The position numbers and the translations under genes are program-made. The notes under the pieces were generated by a model, which ran no database searches, was not told where the DNA came from, and worked only from the letters and a program-made list of their open reading frames with translations. A stretch of DNA of 24,784 bases from a virus (taxonomy: Duplodnaviria > Caudoviricetes): positions 1 to 24,784 of the IMG/VR virus record IMGVR_UViG_3300048599_000236; one strand, given 5' to 3'. Positions 1 through 7,503 of the stretch are shown here, in pieces (position 1 is the stretch's first letter; each line of letters begins with the position of its first letter).

Positions 1-121
1 TCGGGTTCTACAACAACGTCCGTCTGCACTCGACGCTGGGCTACCTGCCGCCCACGGCCTATGAACGGAAAACCGCAGTACAGCACCCTATCGAGGTGTC
101 CGGTATTACTTGACCACCACA
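1..121 (+). mobile_element. Right end of an IS3-family insertion sequence (terminal IR ~96-121 ending in CA)
   Basis: Transposase C-terminus followed by GTGTCCGGTATTACTTGACCACCACA (reverse complement begins TGTGGTGGTCAAG), an IS3-type TG...CA end. Phage coding sequence resumes abruptly at 122. Confidence 0.9.
3..113 (+). CDS. IS3-family transposase (OrfB/integrase core), C-terminal fragment, 5' part outside window
   Basis: Frame 3 reads GFYNNVRLHSTLGYLPPTAYERK...SGIT*, the IS3 YN-x2-R-x-H-S-x-L-G-Y-x2-P signature. TGA at 111-113. Confidence 0.9.
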   Translation, partial: GFYNNVRLHSTLGYLPPTAYERKTAVQHPIEVSGIT

Positions 122-346
122 TGTAGTAATAGCGACCCCAGCCCCAGCAGCCCATCCGGCAGCCCCAGCGGAAAAGTCACCATTCGCCAGAAGTTCCGGC
201 CCGACGTTGTTCCACGCGTCCCGGAAACTCTCGATGTCGTACCACAGCCCCTGCTCTCCATTGGCGAACAGCGACGCCACCTGAGCGGCCAGCGGCCGAT
301 CCTGCCCGCCTCGCCGGCCCCTGAACACCCGATCAATCGCACCCAC
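122..346 (-). pseudogene. 5' part of a phage virion-associated (fibre/lectin-like) protein gene interrupted by the IS3 element
   Basis: Starts right after the 349 stop. Contains SLFANGEQGLWYD and GPELLANGDFSAG..GW, motifs I associate with phage fibre and carbohydrate-binding-like repeats. After ...VAITT the frame runs into the IS terminal repeat. Confidence 0.7.
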
Positions 347-348
347 GA

Positions 349-837
349 TCAGGCCTTGTCGAAGTAGCAGACCTGCGCGCTGCAGGCGACGGGCGCCAGC
401 AGCTTGACGCTGGCCAAGGCCGTGTCGACGTAGTAGATCACCCCGTCGTCAATGCGCGTGCCCACGGTCGAGCTGGGCGCCGTCGCGCCGTCCTGGGTGA
501 TCCGCACGGTGTTGCCATCCGCCTGGATGCTGGCCGCCACCGCGCCACCAGGCACGGTCAGCGTCGTGACGGTATTCGCGGCCAGCACGACGGTCTGCCG
601 GCCGACGCACGAGCGCGCGGAGGCGGACACCGGGACCGGCGCGGCCCGGAGCTGGGCGTCGGTGACCGGGCCGACGACAGGCACTGCGCCACCGGAGAGA
701 GCCGGCGTCTTGCCGTCGATGCTCTGCACCGCCGCCTTGACGAGCAGCTGGGTGGCTTCGGTGGTGTCGGACGAACCACCGCCACCACCACCAGACAAGC
801 CGGTGACGACCAGCGCGCCGGTGGAATCAAACTTCAT
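349..837 (-). CDS. Putative accessory virion protein (Gly linker, GPVTDAQLRA motif, beta-rich C-terminus), 162 aa
   Basis: Overlaps the upstream gene, with GAGGAGGAAGG SD. Lies in the head operon. Composition is typical of decoration/fibre proteins. Confidence 0.65.
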   Translation of the reverse strand: MKFDSTGALVVTGLSGGGGGGSSDTTEATQLLVKAAVQSIDGKTPALSGGAVPVVGPVTDAQLRAAPVPVSASARSCVGRQTVVLAANTVTTLTVPGGAVAASIQADGNTVRITQDGATAPSSTVGTRIDDGVIYYVDTALASVKLLAPVACSAQVCYFDKA

Positions 838-1267
838 CGCCTTCCTCCTCGATCACGCCGAGACCGACCAGGCGATCGCGCTCGTCGGGCGTCACGGCCA
901 GCTCGTCACCGGCGGGCAGTCCGGGGCCGTAGGTGGTGCCGTTGTGCGTGACCGGATACAGGGCACAGATGCGGATCGTGGGCTCGCCCTCGTCCTGCAC
1001 GAGCTCGATATCGACGAGCGCAGTCGTTTCGCTACCGGGCTTGGCTGGGTCGACGCCGATCAAGGTCGGCGAGTCGGGCGGGGGAATGGTTGCAGGAGGC
1101 GCCTCGGCAGCGAGCTGCTTTGCAGCATCTTCGAGGGTGGTATCCGGCGGCGGGGTGACAGGGGGAGCACCCTTCACCTGGTCGGCAGGCGGCAGTTCGG
1201 CCGGCTTCTCGACGGGCTTGTCGGAGAGCTTTTCGGCACCGGCTTTGGTGGTGGTCTTCGGGGGCAT
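827..1267 (-). CDS. Mu gp35-position head-associated protein, 146 aa
   Basis: ATG at 1267 preceded by GGAG. Low-complexity Pro/Ala/Lys N-terminus and a C-terminal PVTHNGTTYGPG...LVGLGVI domain of the kind found just after capsid genes. Confidence 0.65.
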   Translation of the reverse strand: MPPKTTTKAGAEKLSDKPVEKPAELPPADQVKGAPPVTPPPDTTLEDAAKQLAAEAPPATIPPPDSPTLIGVDPAKPGSETTALVDIELVQDEGEPTIRICALYPVTHNGTTYGPGLPAGDELAVTPDERDRLVGLGVIEEEGDEV

Positions 1268-1348
1268 TGCTTGATCTCCAGCCCGGCCGGGCAATCCCGG
1301 CCGGGGCGCTTGGTATGCCGGCCGCTGCCGGCTCTCGTGGGTTATGGG

Positions 1349-2284
1349 TTACACGACGCCCTTGAGCAGGTAGCCGGCGCCGGAGCCTGCGATCACCGGC
1401 TGCAGCTCGTCGGTGACGGGGTAGATCCAGCTCTTGGACTGGCGGTCGTAGTACGGCTGTTCGACGATCGGATAGCCGCGGAGACGGTAGGTATAGCCGA
1501 AGGTCGGACGGCCACGTTCGGGAACCGAACCTACCGCGGAGTAGCTCAACACCACGTCGGCACCCCACACATCCACCAGGTTGCCGGAGGCGTCCTCATG
1601 CACGGCGTCGCCAACCACCACGCGACGCAGGTTCCAGAGGGCGGCCAGCATTTCGACGGTGATCGAGTCGCGGCCGGTGTACTTGATGCGATCGAGGATC
1701 GACGGATTGTTCTGCAGGGCGCTGAAGGACTTTGCCGAGAGCAAGGCTGTATCCGGGCGCTTGCCCGTGGCGGCGCGGATGACCTCCTTCGCCGCCTCGA
1801 TGTCTTGGCTCGGCGTGGAAGAAGGGTCCGTCCACTTGTCGCTGCCGGAAAGTGCCCGCTTGTTGGCCGCGGGGTAGTTGGCAAGGTTAGTAGCCAACGT
1901 CGCAGCGGCGTACTCGGTGCGCAGCTGGATGATGTCCTGCACCGTCGTCGCGGTGCTGCCGCCGAGATCGATGCCCGGGGTCGTGGCTGCAGCTTCCTGC
2001 TGGTTCTCGATGGGCAGCACGCCTTCGAGCGCGTGTTGCTCAAGCACGAAGGGGTCTCCGGCATGGCCCACCTGGATGCGCTTGGTGTCCTGGCCCGGGC
2101 TGCGGCCGGTGTTGTAGATCCGGAAGGCTTCCTTGCCGAAGGTCAGGATCCTGCCGCCACGGACATCGACGGGAACAACGGGGAACAGGGCGGTCCAGAC
2201 CAGATCGGCATTCTGGTAACCCTGGGCTACGGTGGACAGGACCGGATCGACGACACGGGCCTGGCCGGGAGTCATTTGAGACAT
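1349..2284 (-). CDS. Major capsid protein (Mu T position), 311 aa
   Basis: CAGGAG SD. ARVVDPVLSTVAQGY start, KWTDPSSTPSQDIEAAKEVIR and TFGYTY motifs. Follows the protease and cement genes. Confidence 0.88.
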   Translation of the reverse strand: MSQMTPGQARVVDPVLSTVAQGYQNADLVWTALFPVVPVDVRGGRILTFGKEAFRIYNTGRSPGQDTKRIQVGHAGDPFVLEQHALEGVLPIENQQEAAATTPGIDLGGSTATTVQDIIQLRTEYAAATLATNLANYPAANKRALSGSDKWTDPSSTPSQDIEAAKEVIRAATGKRPDTALLSAKSFSALQNNPSILDRIKYTGRDSITVEMLAALWNLRRVVVGDAVHEDASGNLVDVWGADVVLSYSAVGSVPERGRPTFGYTYRLRGYPIVEQPYYDRQSKSWIYPVTDELQPVIAGSGAGYLLKGVV

Positions 2285-2312
2285 GGATTACTCCTGGTGG
2301 GATGGTGGTGCT

Positions 2313-2663
2313 TCAGGCGGTTGCCGGAAGCAGCAGGACTTCGACGAACTGGCCGGCGGCGGTGGCGACCTCGCCCGGCGCCAGGCGGCCCAGGGTGACG
2401 CCGGCCGACTTGGTCACAGCGCGGCCGAGGTTGTCGGTCTCGACGAAGGCGTTGGCAGTGATCGCGCCGCCGGTCTCGATGACGGAGGTGCCCATCACAT
2501 CGACGGGGGTGCGCCCACCGATCGCGGCCGGGGCACGGGCAACACCCAGCGCCGAGGCGCCAGCGGCAGGCGCGGCACCAGCGGCGGTGACGAAGCGATC
2601 GCCATTGATGACAGCGGTCGCGATGACCGACAGCGTGAGAACGGGAGTGGATTGACGGCTCAT
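2313..2663 (-). CDS. Capsid cement/decoration protein (DUF2190-like), 116 aa
   Basis: Ala/Gly-rich with RFVT...ALGVA...VDVMG...ETGGAI...GRAV...ATAAGQFVEVLL pattern. Lies between protease and capsid, with AGGAG SD. Confidence 0.8.
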   Translation of the reverse strand: MSRQSTPVLTLSVIATAVINGDRFVTAAGAAPAAGASALGVARAPAAIGGRTPVDVMGTSVIETGGAITANAFVETDNLGRAVTKSAGVTLGRLAPGEVATAAGQFVEVLLLPATA

Positions 2664-2677
2664 GGATGGGGCTCCTA

Positions 2678-3145
2678 TCAGGCCTGGGTGACAGCGGCCA
2701 CGGCCGCCAGGTATTCGGTGCCCGGGTGGGCTTTCTGGTAGTCGATGGCCTTGGTATGCACCAGGGCCGAGTCCTGATCGACGGCATAGCCGGCCGGTGC
2801 GGCAAAGCTCACCACCCCCGACTGGCCGGCGGCGCGGTCCTTGGTGGCCTGCTCTTCGGCGAACTCGGGCGCCACGGGCAGCGCCTCGAGGAAGGCGCGG
2901 AGGCCGTCAGCCAGCGGCGCCTTGGCTTCGCCCTCACCGAACTCGACGACCTGGTCGGCGGACCCGACGTAATCGAGGGTGGCCACGACCATGTCGAGGC
3001 TGGCAGGCGGAAGGCGGCCGGCGGTCACCAGCCCTTCGGCAAACGAGACGTGGGCAGCGTGGCGCTGGGCGGTCTCCTGGTCGGCCAGGCGCTTGCGCAG
3101 CGCGGCGTTCTCCGCCTCGAGGGCGGCTGCTTGTTCGGGGGTCAC
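2678..3145 (-). CDS. Nested in-frame scaffold protein (Mu gpZ-like), 155 aa
   Basis: CAGGAG (3157-3152) lies 6 nt before an in-frame GTG at 3145 that begins VTPEQAAALEAENAALRK. This mirrors the Mu I/Z arrangement. Confidence 0.6.
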   Translation of the reverse strand: MTPEQAAALEAENAALRKRLADQETAQRHAAHVSFAEGLVTAGRLPPASLDMVVATLDYVGSADQVVEFGEGEAKAPLADGLRAFLEALPVAPEFAEEQATKDRAAGQSGVVSFAAPAGYAVDQDSALVHTKAIDYQKAHPGTEYLAAVAAVTQA

Positions 3146-3811
3146 ACGGGTCTCCTGGGCAGGATCAGAAAATGCCGGCAGGCCGGCGGTGGATGCCGGG
3201 GCGCCTTCGCCCTCGGCCAGGGATTCGGAGAGCTCTTGCTGGGCGGACGCCTCCAGGCCGGAGACGAGGTAGCTGGGCACAATCAGGTCGGCCTCGTCCA
3301 TGCCGAACCTGCCGATCACCCACTCGCGCAGGCGACGCCACAGGCTTGCGTTATCCACGTCGTCCCACTCGCTGAAGGAGACGATGCCCTCCTCGCTCTC
3401 GCCGAACTCCGGCTCGCGCAGGCCCTTCAGGGCCGGGGGCTGGGCGCCCAGGAAGCCGACGTGGCGCAGGTAGTAGGAGCCGGGCGTGGGATTACCCGGC
3501 GCGTCCGGCGACCAGAAGCTGGCGGAGATGTTGGCGTAGCGCTTGGCATTGACCAGCTCGGCGAACGCGGGCTCGACATCGCCCGGGGTAGCCTCAAGGC
3601 CCACCTCGGAGTAGTCGAGGCGATCGACCCAGCCGTAGGCCGGGGCATTGGTCTTCGGGTGGCCAACGACGAGGGGCGCGCGCCACTTCGCGGGGTCGTA
3701 TGCAGCGGCGCAGTCGGTCAGGACGGATTCCGAGAACTCGATCGCATGACCGCTCATCGCGGTGTGCCGACCGGGCCGGAAAACATGCAGGGGTTTGGGT
3801 GTCGAGTTCAT
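2678..3811 (-). CDS. Head maturation protease/scaffold (Mu gpI-like), 377 aa; start re-assigned to ATG 3811
   Basis: LHVFRPGRH, APLVVGHP..PAYGWV, YANISASF and LRHVGFLGAQPPALKGL motifs, followed by a coiled-coil scaffold region. The start is supported by promoter-box spacing. Confidence 0.88.
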   Translation of the reverse strand: MNSTPKPLHVFRPGRHTAMSGHAIEFSESVLTDCAAAYDPAKWRAPLVVGHPKTNAPAYGWVDRLDYSEVGLEATPGDVEPAFAELVNAKRYANISASFWSPDAPGNPTPGSYYLRHVGFLGAQPPALKGLREPEFGESEEGIVSFSEWDDVDNASLWRRLREWVIGRFGMDEADLIVPSYLVSGLEASAQQELSESLAEGEGAPASTAGLPAFSDPAQETRVTPEQAAALEAENAALRKRLADQETAQRHAAHVSFAEGLVTAGRLPPASLDMVVATLDYVGSADQVVEFGEGEAKAPLADGLRAFLEALPVAPEFAEEQATKDRAAGQSGVVSFAAPAGYAVDQDSALVHTKAIDYQKAHPGTEYLAAVAAVTQA

Positions 3812-3865
3812 GGCCCCAGTTTGGAGCCGGGGCAGAACGCGCTTGGATGGGATGGACATCCCCAA
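3812..3865 (-). promoter_or_regulatory. Late promoter of the head operon: activator dyad GGGATG-N2-CATCCC plus -10 CAAACT
   Basis: Minus strand TTGGGGATGTCCATCCCATCC is 19/21 identical to 14588-14608. Same 38-nt offset from dyad end to ATG. Confidence 0.75.
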
Positions 3866-3951
3866 CCCTGCAGAGGGGCTGGAGGCGAATCAGGAGGGAT
3901 TGAGCGGCCCGGAACCGGGCCAGCGGCGGTTTGTAACTATGTTACAAGCGA

Positions 3952-3977
3952 CGAACCCCCGTGGGGACGGGGGTTCG
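3952..3977. terminator. Strong hairpin, probable terminator/insulator between the repressor operon and head operon
   Basis: Perfect 11-bp stem CGAACCCCCGT-GGGG-ACGGGGGTTCG. It has no clean U tract. Confidence 0.5.
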
Positions 3978-4015
3978 GGCGGGTGGCATGCTCAAATTGA
4001 AACGCGGCGGCTCAA

Positions 4016-4456
4016 TCAGCGAGACCCGTAGCACTCCGAGAAGTGGGCGTCGGATGCCTCTTTACGGCGCCGCTCGGCGTCGTCCTTGAACGGCTGGGTG
4101 CGGTACATCTCGCGCTCGGCAGCAGCGGCTGCAGCTCGGCGTTCGTACCCCTGGCACTTTGCATTGAACGATGCCTCGGCCTGGTTGCGCTGCGCGCGGT
4201 CGCGCAGCTTCTCCTGGTAGGCCTGCTCGCGCTGGATATCGACGCCCAGGGCATCGCGCTTGTCGACCAACGCGCGACGCCGAGCATCGCGGGCCTCGGC
4301 AGCGGTCGGCTGGCGCACGTTCAGTTCGACGGTCTTCGAGCTCGAGCCGCACGGCGTCGAGCTATAGGTCGTCACGCCGCGCTCGACGCACTTGAACACC
4401 TGCGCGTGGGCTGCACCCGTACAAAGCACAGCGACCAGCAGAGCCAAAATCCTCAC
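4016..4456 (-). CDS. Secreted DUF4124-like protein (lysogeny-expressed moron), 146 aa
   Basis: Signal peptide ending AHA, then QVFKCVERGVTTYSSTPC (DUF4124 pattern) and a coiled-coil. GAGGAG SD. Confidence 0.8.
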   Translation of the reverse strand: MRILALLVAVLCTGAAHAQVFKCVERGVTTYSSTPCGSSSKTVELNVRQPTAAEARDARRRALVDKRDALGVDIQREQAYQEKLRDRAQRNQAEASFNAKCQGYERRAAAAAAEREMYRTQPFKDDAERRRKEASDAHFSECYGSR

Positions 4457-4459
4457 GAC

Positions 4460-4648
4460 TTACTCCTCGATATCCCGGTCGATCGTGATCACCACGCGGT
4501 CACGCGACACGTTCTGCACTTCGATGCGCAGCTTTCCAGCGTTCGATCTGCGCTTGCGCGGCTTGCGAACTACGGTTGCCGCTGCGTTATCGCGAATGAT
4601 CGCCCGAAGCCTGTCGGCCAAAGCCGCCTTTCTGTCATCTCGATTCAC
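4460..4648 (-). CDS. Small basic hypothetical protein (~62-66 aa)
   Basis: Fills the gap between repressor and DUF4124 gene, and its end supplies the next SD. Start is GTG 4648 (GGGG SD) or TTG 4660. Confidence 0.5.
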   Translation of the reverse strand: MNRDDRKAALADRLRAIIRDNAAATVVRKPRKRRSNAGKLRIEVQNVSRDRVVITIDRDIEE

Positions 4649-4741
4649 GGTCAGCCCCAATCATGTTGTCGACGACATGATAGAGGCGTAACTGCTGTGA
4701 ATTTTAAATGTAAATTTTCTGCATCGTGGGGCTTTTCACAG

Positions 4742-5239
4742 TTACGCAGCGACGAGCCGCAGCTGCTTCGCGACCGACTCACGATCCACGTGCATGCCGA
4801 GCTCCTGGAACTCCATGAGCAGATCGACCACGTCAGCCAGCTTCTCACCAGGTAACGACACGCCCTGCGCCTGGAGCTCATCCACCGCGATCACAAGCAC
4901 CTCGCGCCACGTCAGCAGCGCATCGCCTGCAGCGCTCCCTGCGGGCGGCCTCGGCTCTGCCGCAAAGGCAAGCACAGGCGCCGGTGGCTGATCCCCGTAC
5001 ATCAACTGGCGCTCGTCCAGCCCATGCTCGGCGGCGAATGTCCGGATGAACTTGACCGTCACCTCCCCCCGGCGCCGCCAGGTGCGGATTGTCGCGTCCG
5101 AGATGTCCAGCGCCTTGGCGTAGCCGCCCAGCGCCGGGTCGCGCCCTATCGCCCTGCACATCCGTTCCAGCACCGCATCCACCGACTCCCGAGACTCGGC
5201 GTGATAGCGGTCGGCTTTCGTTTCATTTTGTATTGACAT
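4742..5239 (-). CDS. Prophage repressor (CI-type HTH, no S24 peptidase domain), 165 aa
   Basis: HTH YAKALDISDATIRTWRRRGEV...GLDERQLMYG. Divergent from the Ner-like gene across an AT-rich, operator-containing spacer. Confidence 0.8.
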   Translation of the reverse strand: MSIQNETKADRYHAESRESVDAVLERMCRAIGRDPALGGYAKALDISDATIRTWRRRGEVTVKFIRTFAAEHGLDERQLMYGDQPPAPVLAFAAEPRPPAGSAAGDALLTWREVLVIAVDELQAQGVSLPGEKLADVVDLLMEFQELGMHVDRESVAKQLRLVAA

Positions 5240-5278
5240 GTTTCAATTTGAAGCCCACTATTTGTTTCATGTTGAAAC
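5220..5278. promoter_or_regulatory. Lysis/lysogeny switch: three 15-bp operators GTTTCA-N3-TGAAAC overlapping the early promoter
   Basis: Copies at 5220-5234, 5240-5254 and 5264-5278 (perfect). TTGACA at 5233-5238, then 17 nt, then CACTAT at 5256-5261. Confidence 0.72.
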
Positions 5279-5322
5279 GCAGTTGATCTAACTGTTTATA
5301 CAAACCACGCGAGAGCACCCCC

Positions 5323-5580
5323 ATGACCACTCAGCACGATACCGAGCGCGAAGAGCGCAAGCGCCGGGGCGACAAGGCCCGTGAAGCCCTTGCCCGCAAG
5401 GGCGTTTCAATCTCCAGCTGGGCTGCCAGCAACGGCTTCTCGACCCAGATGGTGTTTCAAGTCCTCAAGGGCGACCGCAAGTGCATCCGCGGCGAGAGCC
5501 ACAAGATCGCCGTGGCTTTGGGAATCAAGCAAGGCGAGATCGTCAGCGATCCGGGCAAGGCGCTGTCACGCGCCGCCTGA
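5323..5580 (+). CDS. Ner/Cro-like DNA-binding protein (BcepMu gp16-like family), 85 aa
   Basis: GVSISSWAASNGFS..VFQVLKGDRKCIRGESHKIAVALGIK matches the BcepMu gp16 family pattern. First gene of the early operon. Confidence 0.85.
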   Translation: MTTQHDTEREERKRRGDKAREALARKGVSISSWAASNGFSTQMVFQVLKGDRKCIRGESHKIAVALGIKQGEIVSDPGKALSRAA

Positions 5581-5612
5581 TTCAAATTGAAGCGAAAACT
5601 TCAGGTTGAGCC
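5579..5612. promoter_or_regulatory. Two further operator copies downstream of the Ner-like gene
   Basis: GATTCA-AAT-TGAAGC (5579-5593) and ACTTCA-GGT-TGAGCC (5598-5612). Confidence 0.55.
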
Positions 5613-5699
5613 CACAAGTTCTTCTTGCATCGGAGTTTAGTAGCCACTGAACGTCGATGCACAAATTTGTTTAGAAACATGAACGAGGCTTCACATCCA

Positions 5700-6164
5700 A
5701 TGCCCCCGAAGAAATCTCACCCCATCGCGACATCCCTGAGAGCCGCGTTCAGCCAGGTGCATCAAGCCCTGGCGGCAAGGCGCCTGAGCGCCGAGCGCGC
5801 CGCCGAACTGCTCGGCACCTCCGTGGCTACCTACTACAAGTGGATCGAAGAGGCCCGCATGCCGGCCGACAAGCTGGCGCTCTTCGAGCACATCGCCGAC
5901 AGCCACGCCGTCACCCGCTACTTCGCGCACCGCGGCCACCTGATGGTCATCGACATCCCCCGCGGCAAGGGCGCCGCAGCGGGCGACATCAACGCCCTGC
6001 AGGGCGTGCTCAACGATGCAGCCGGCGCCCTGATCGCCTTCATGGCCCACGAGATCGACGCCGAGCAGGCGATGAGCCGCCTCACCGCTGGGATGGAAGC
6101 GCTGGCCTTCCACCGCGAGGACGTGCGCAAGCACGCCGCCCCCGAGCTCGACCTGGAGCCCTGA
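5700..6164 (+). CDS. Phage HTH regulatory protein (CII-like), start 5700 or 5679
   Basis: LSAERAAELLGTSVATYYKWIEEARMP HTH plus a helical C-terminus. Occupies the usual post-ner position in B3-like prophages. Confidence 0.7.
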   Translation: MPPKKSHPIATSLRAAFSQVHQALAARRLSAERAAELLGTSVATYYKWIEEARMPADKLALFEHIADSHAVTRYFAHRGHLMVIDIPRGKGAAAGDINALQGVLNDAAGALIAFMAHEIDAEQAMSRLTAGMEALAFHREDVRKHAAPELDLEP

Positions 6165-6166
6165 CC

Positions 6167-6472
6167 GTGGCCCACCAATACGACAACACCGCCCAGCAGC
6201 GAATCCTCCGGATCGTGCTGATGCTCGCCGGCCATGAGCTGCACGGCGTCGCACCGAAGGACATCGCCGAGGGCGCTGGGGCAGCCGCCGCCACGATCAC
6301 CCGCGACCTCCACAACCTGCGCGAGATCGGCCTGATCGAGACCATCCAGGAGACCGGCCGCGTCCGCCTTGGCCCGAAGGTCGTCCAGATCGCCATCGCC
6401 CACATGACCGCAATGGACCGCGCCTCAGCGCAGCTCAACGAAATCAAGAACCGCTACTCACGGGAGCCCTGA
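6167..6472 (+). CDS. IclR-like winged-HTH protein, 101 aa
   Basis: GTG 6167 after GGAG. QQRILRIVLMLAGHELHGVAPKDIA...ITRDLHNLREIGL...GRVRLGPK. Confidence 0.8.
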   Translation: MAHQYDNTAQQRILRIVLMLAGHELHGVAPKDIAEGAGAAAATITRDLHNLREIGLIETIQETGRVRLGPKVVQIAIAHMTAMDRASAQLNEIKNRYSREP

Positions 6473-6473
6473 C

Positions 6474-7493
6474 ATGGCACGCAAACCCACCCCAACCACC
6501 GCGCTGACGGAAACCCCCGCAGCGATCAATGAAACAGCAGTCGCCGAAGGCCAGGCTGCACTTACTGCGATCGCAACCCTCGAACGAGAGCATGACTCTG
6601 CGGTACGCCAGCTGGCCATCAAGGTTGGCTACGCGCTCCCCGCTGACTGCACTGACCCGGATCTGATTCAGCGTGACATCGCGGCCAACATGCGCCGGTC
6701 GGTCGAGGCCTGCCTTGAGGTCGGCCGAGGCCTCGCTGTCCTCAAGCAGGCCTGCGAGCACGGGCAGTTTCTCTCCCGGCTTGACTCCCTTGGAATTGAG
6801 GCACGCATTGCACAGCGTTTCATCCAGTCCGCAACGCGCTTTTCAAATGCGGCGTCAACGCCGCTTTTGAAAGCTGCTGGAAACCAGACCAAGCTTTTCG
6901 AGATGCTTGTCCTCGAAGACGAGCAGGTAGAAGAACTCGAAGAAACCGGCAAGACCGGCAGCCTGTCGCTTGACGACGTGGCATCCATGTCGGTGAAAGA
7001 ACTGCGCGCTGCAGTCCGCCTCGAGCGCGAGACCCGCAAGGCTGAGAAAGAACGGCTCGAAGCCACCCACAAGAGCGACATGCTCGCCAAGGATCGGCTG
7101 ATGGTTTCGGTCCGAGAGCGAGCAAACGCCGCCGAAGAAAAGCTCTCCCGCTTCGAGACCAAAGGGATCCCCCTCGACGAGCGATTCAACCAGCTTTCGG
7201 ACGACGTGCTTCGCCTCGGAAAGCGCGCCGACGATGCCCTGGTCGAGATGGCCAATCTGCTCACGGCCATCGACTTCGTGCTGACCGAAGCATTCGATCC
7301 CGACTCCTCCAGGGAATTCGACAAAAACGGTGCGATCGCCCTGGCGCAGCGCGTGCGCGATCAAGGGTTCCGCCTTGCGCGGACTGTAGGCCGGATTCAA
7401 GCCACGGTGGATACCAGCATTTACCCGCTTATCGAGGCGGAGGAGATGTACGTGCCTTACACCGAGGAAGACGGCCGTCCCATCGCAGGCTGA
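6474..7493 (+). CDS. DUF3102-like phage protein, 339 aa
   Basis: LEVGRGLAVLKQACEHGQFLSRLDSLGIEARIAQRFI and LDDVASMSVKELRAAVR motifs. Lies directly before the transposase. Confidence 0.75.
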   Translation: MARKPTPTTALTETPAAINETAVAEGQAALTAIATLEREHDSAVRQLAIKVGYALPADCTDPDLIQRDIAANMRRSVEACLEVGRGLAVLKQACEHGQFLSRLDSLGIEARIAQRFIQSATRFSNAASTPLLKAAGNQTKLFEMLVLEDEQVEELEETGKTGSLSLDDVASMSVKELRAAVRLERETRKAEKERLEATHKSDMLAKDRLMVSVRERANAAEEKLSRFETKGIPLDERFNQLSDDVLRLGKRADDALVEMANLLTAIDFVLTEAFDPDSSREFDKNGAIALAQRVRDQGFRLARTVGRIQATVDTSIYPLIEAEEMYVPYTEEDGRPIAG

Positions 7494-7503
7494 GGAGCGA
7501 ATC

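Noticed and set aside
1282-1332. CCCGGCCGGG-CAAT-CCCGGCCGGG and adjacent GC dyad after the capsid gene
   Set aside because: Likely an ordinary mRNA-stabilising hairpin. No U tract and no further copies seen.
452-2398. 648-aa plus-strand ORF
   Set aside because: Antisense shadow of the capsid-region genes, typical of high-GC codon usage. No recognisable motifs.
3812-3865. ORF-track N-terminal extensions of the protease (3865) and endolysin (14582)
   Set aside because: They run through the shared promoter box, which explains their similar GMxIPS translation. Starts at 3811 and 14642 fit better.
6474-7493. Apparently lower GC3 in the DUF3102-like gene suggesting recent exchange
   Set aside because: Visual impression only and not quantified. 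The gene sits in its usual position.
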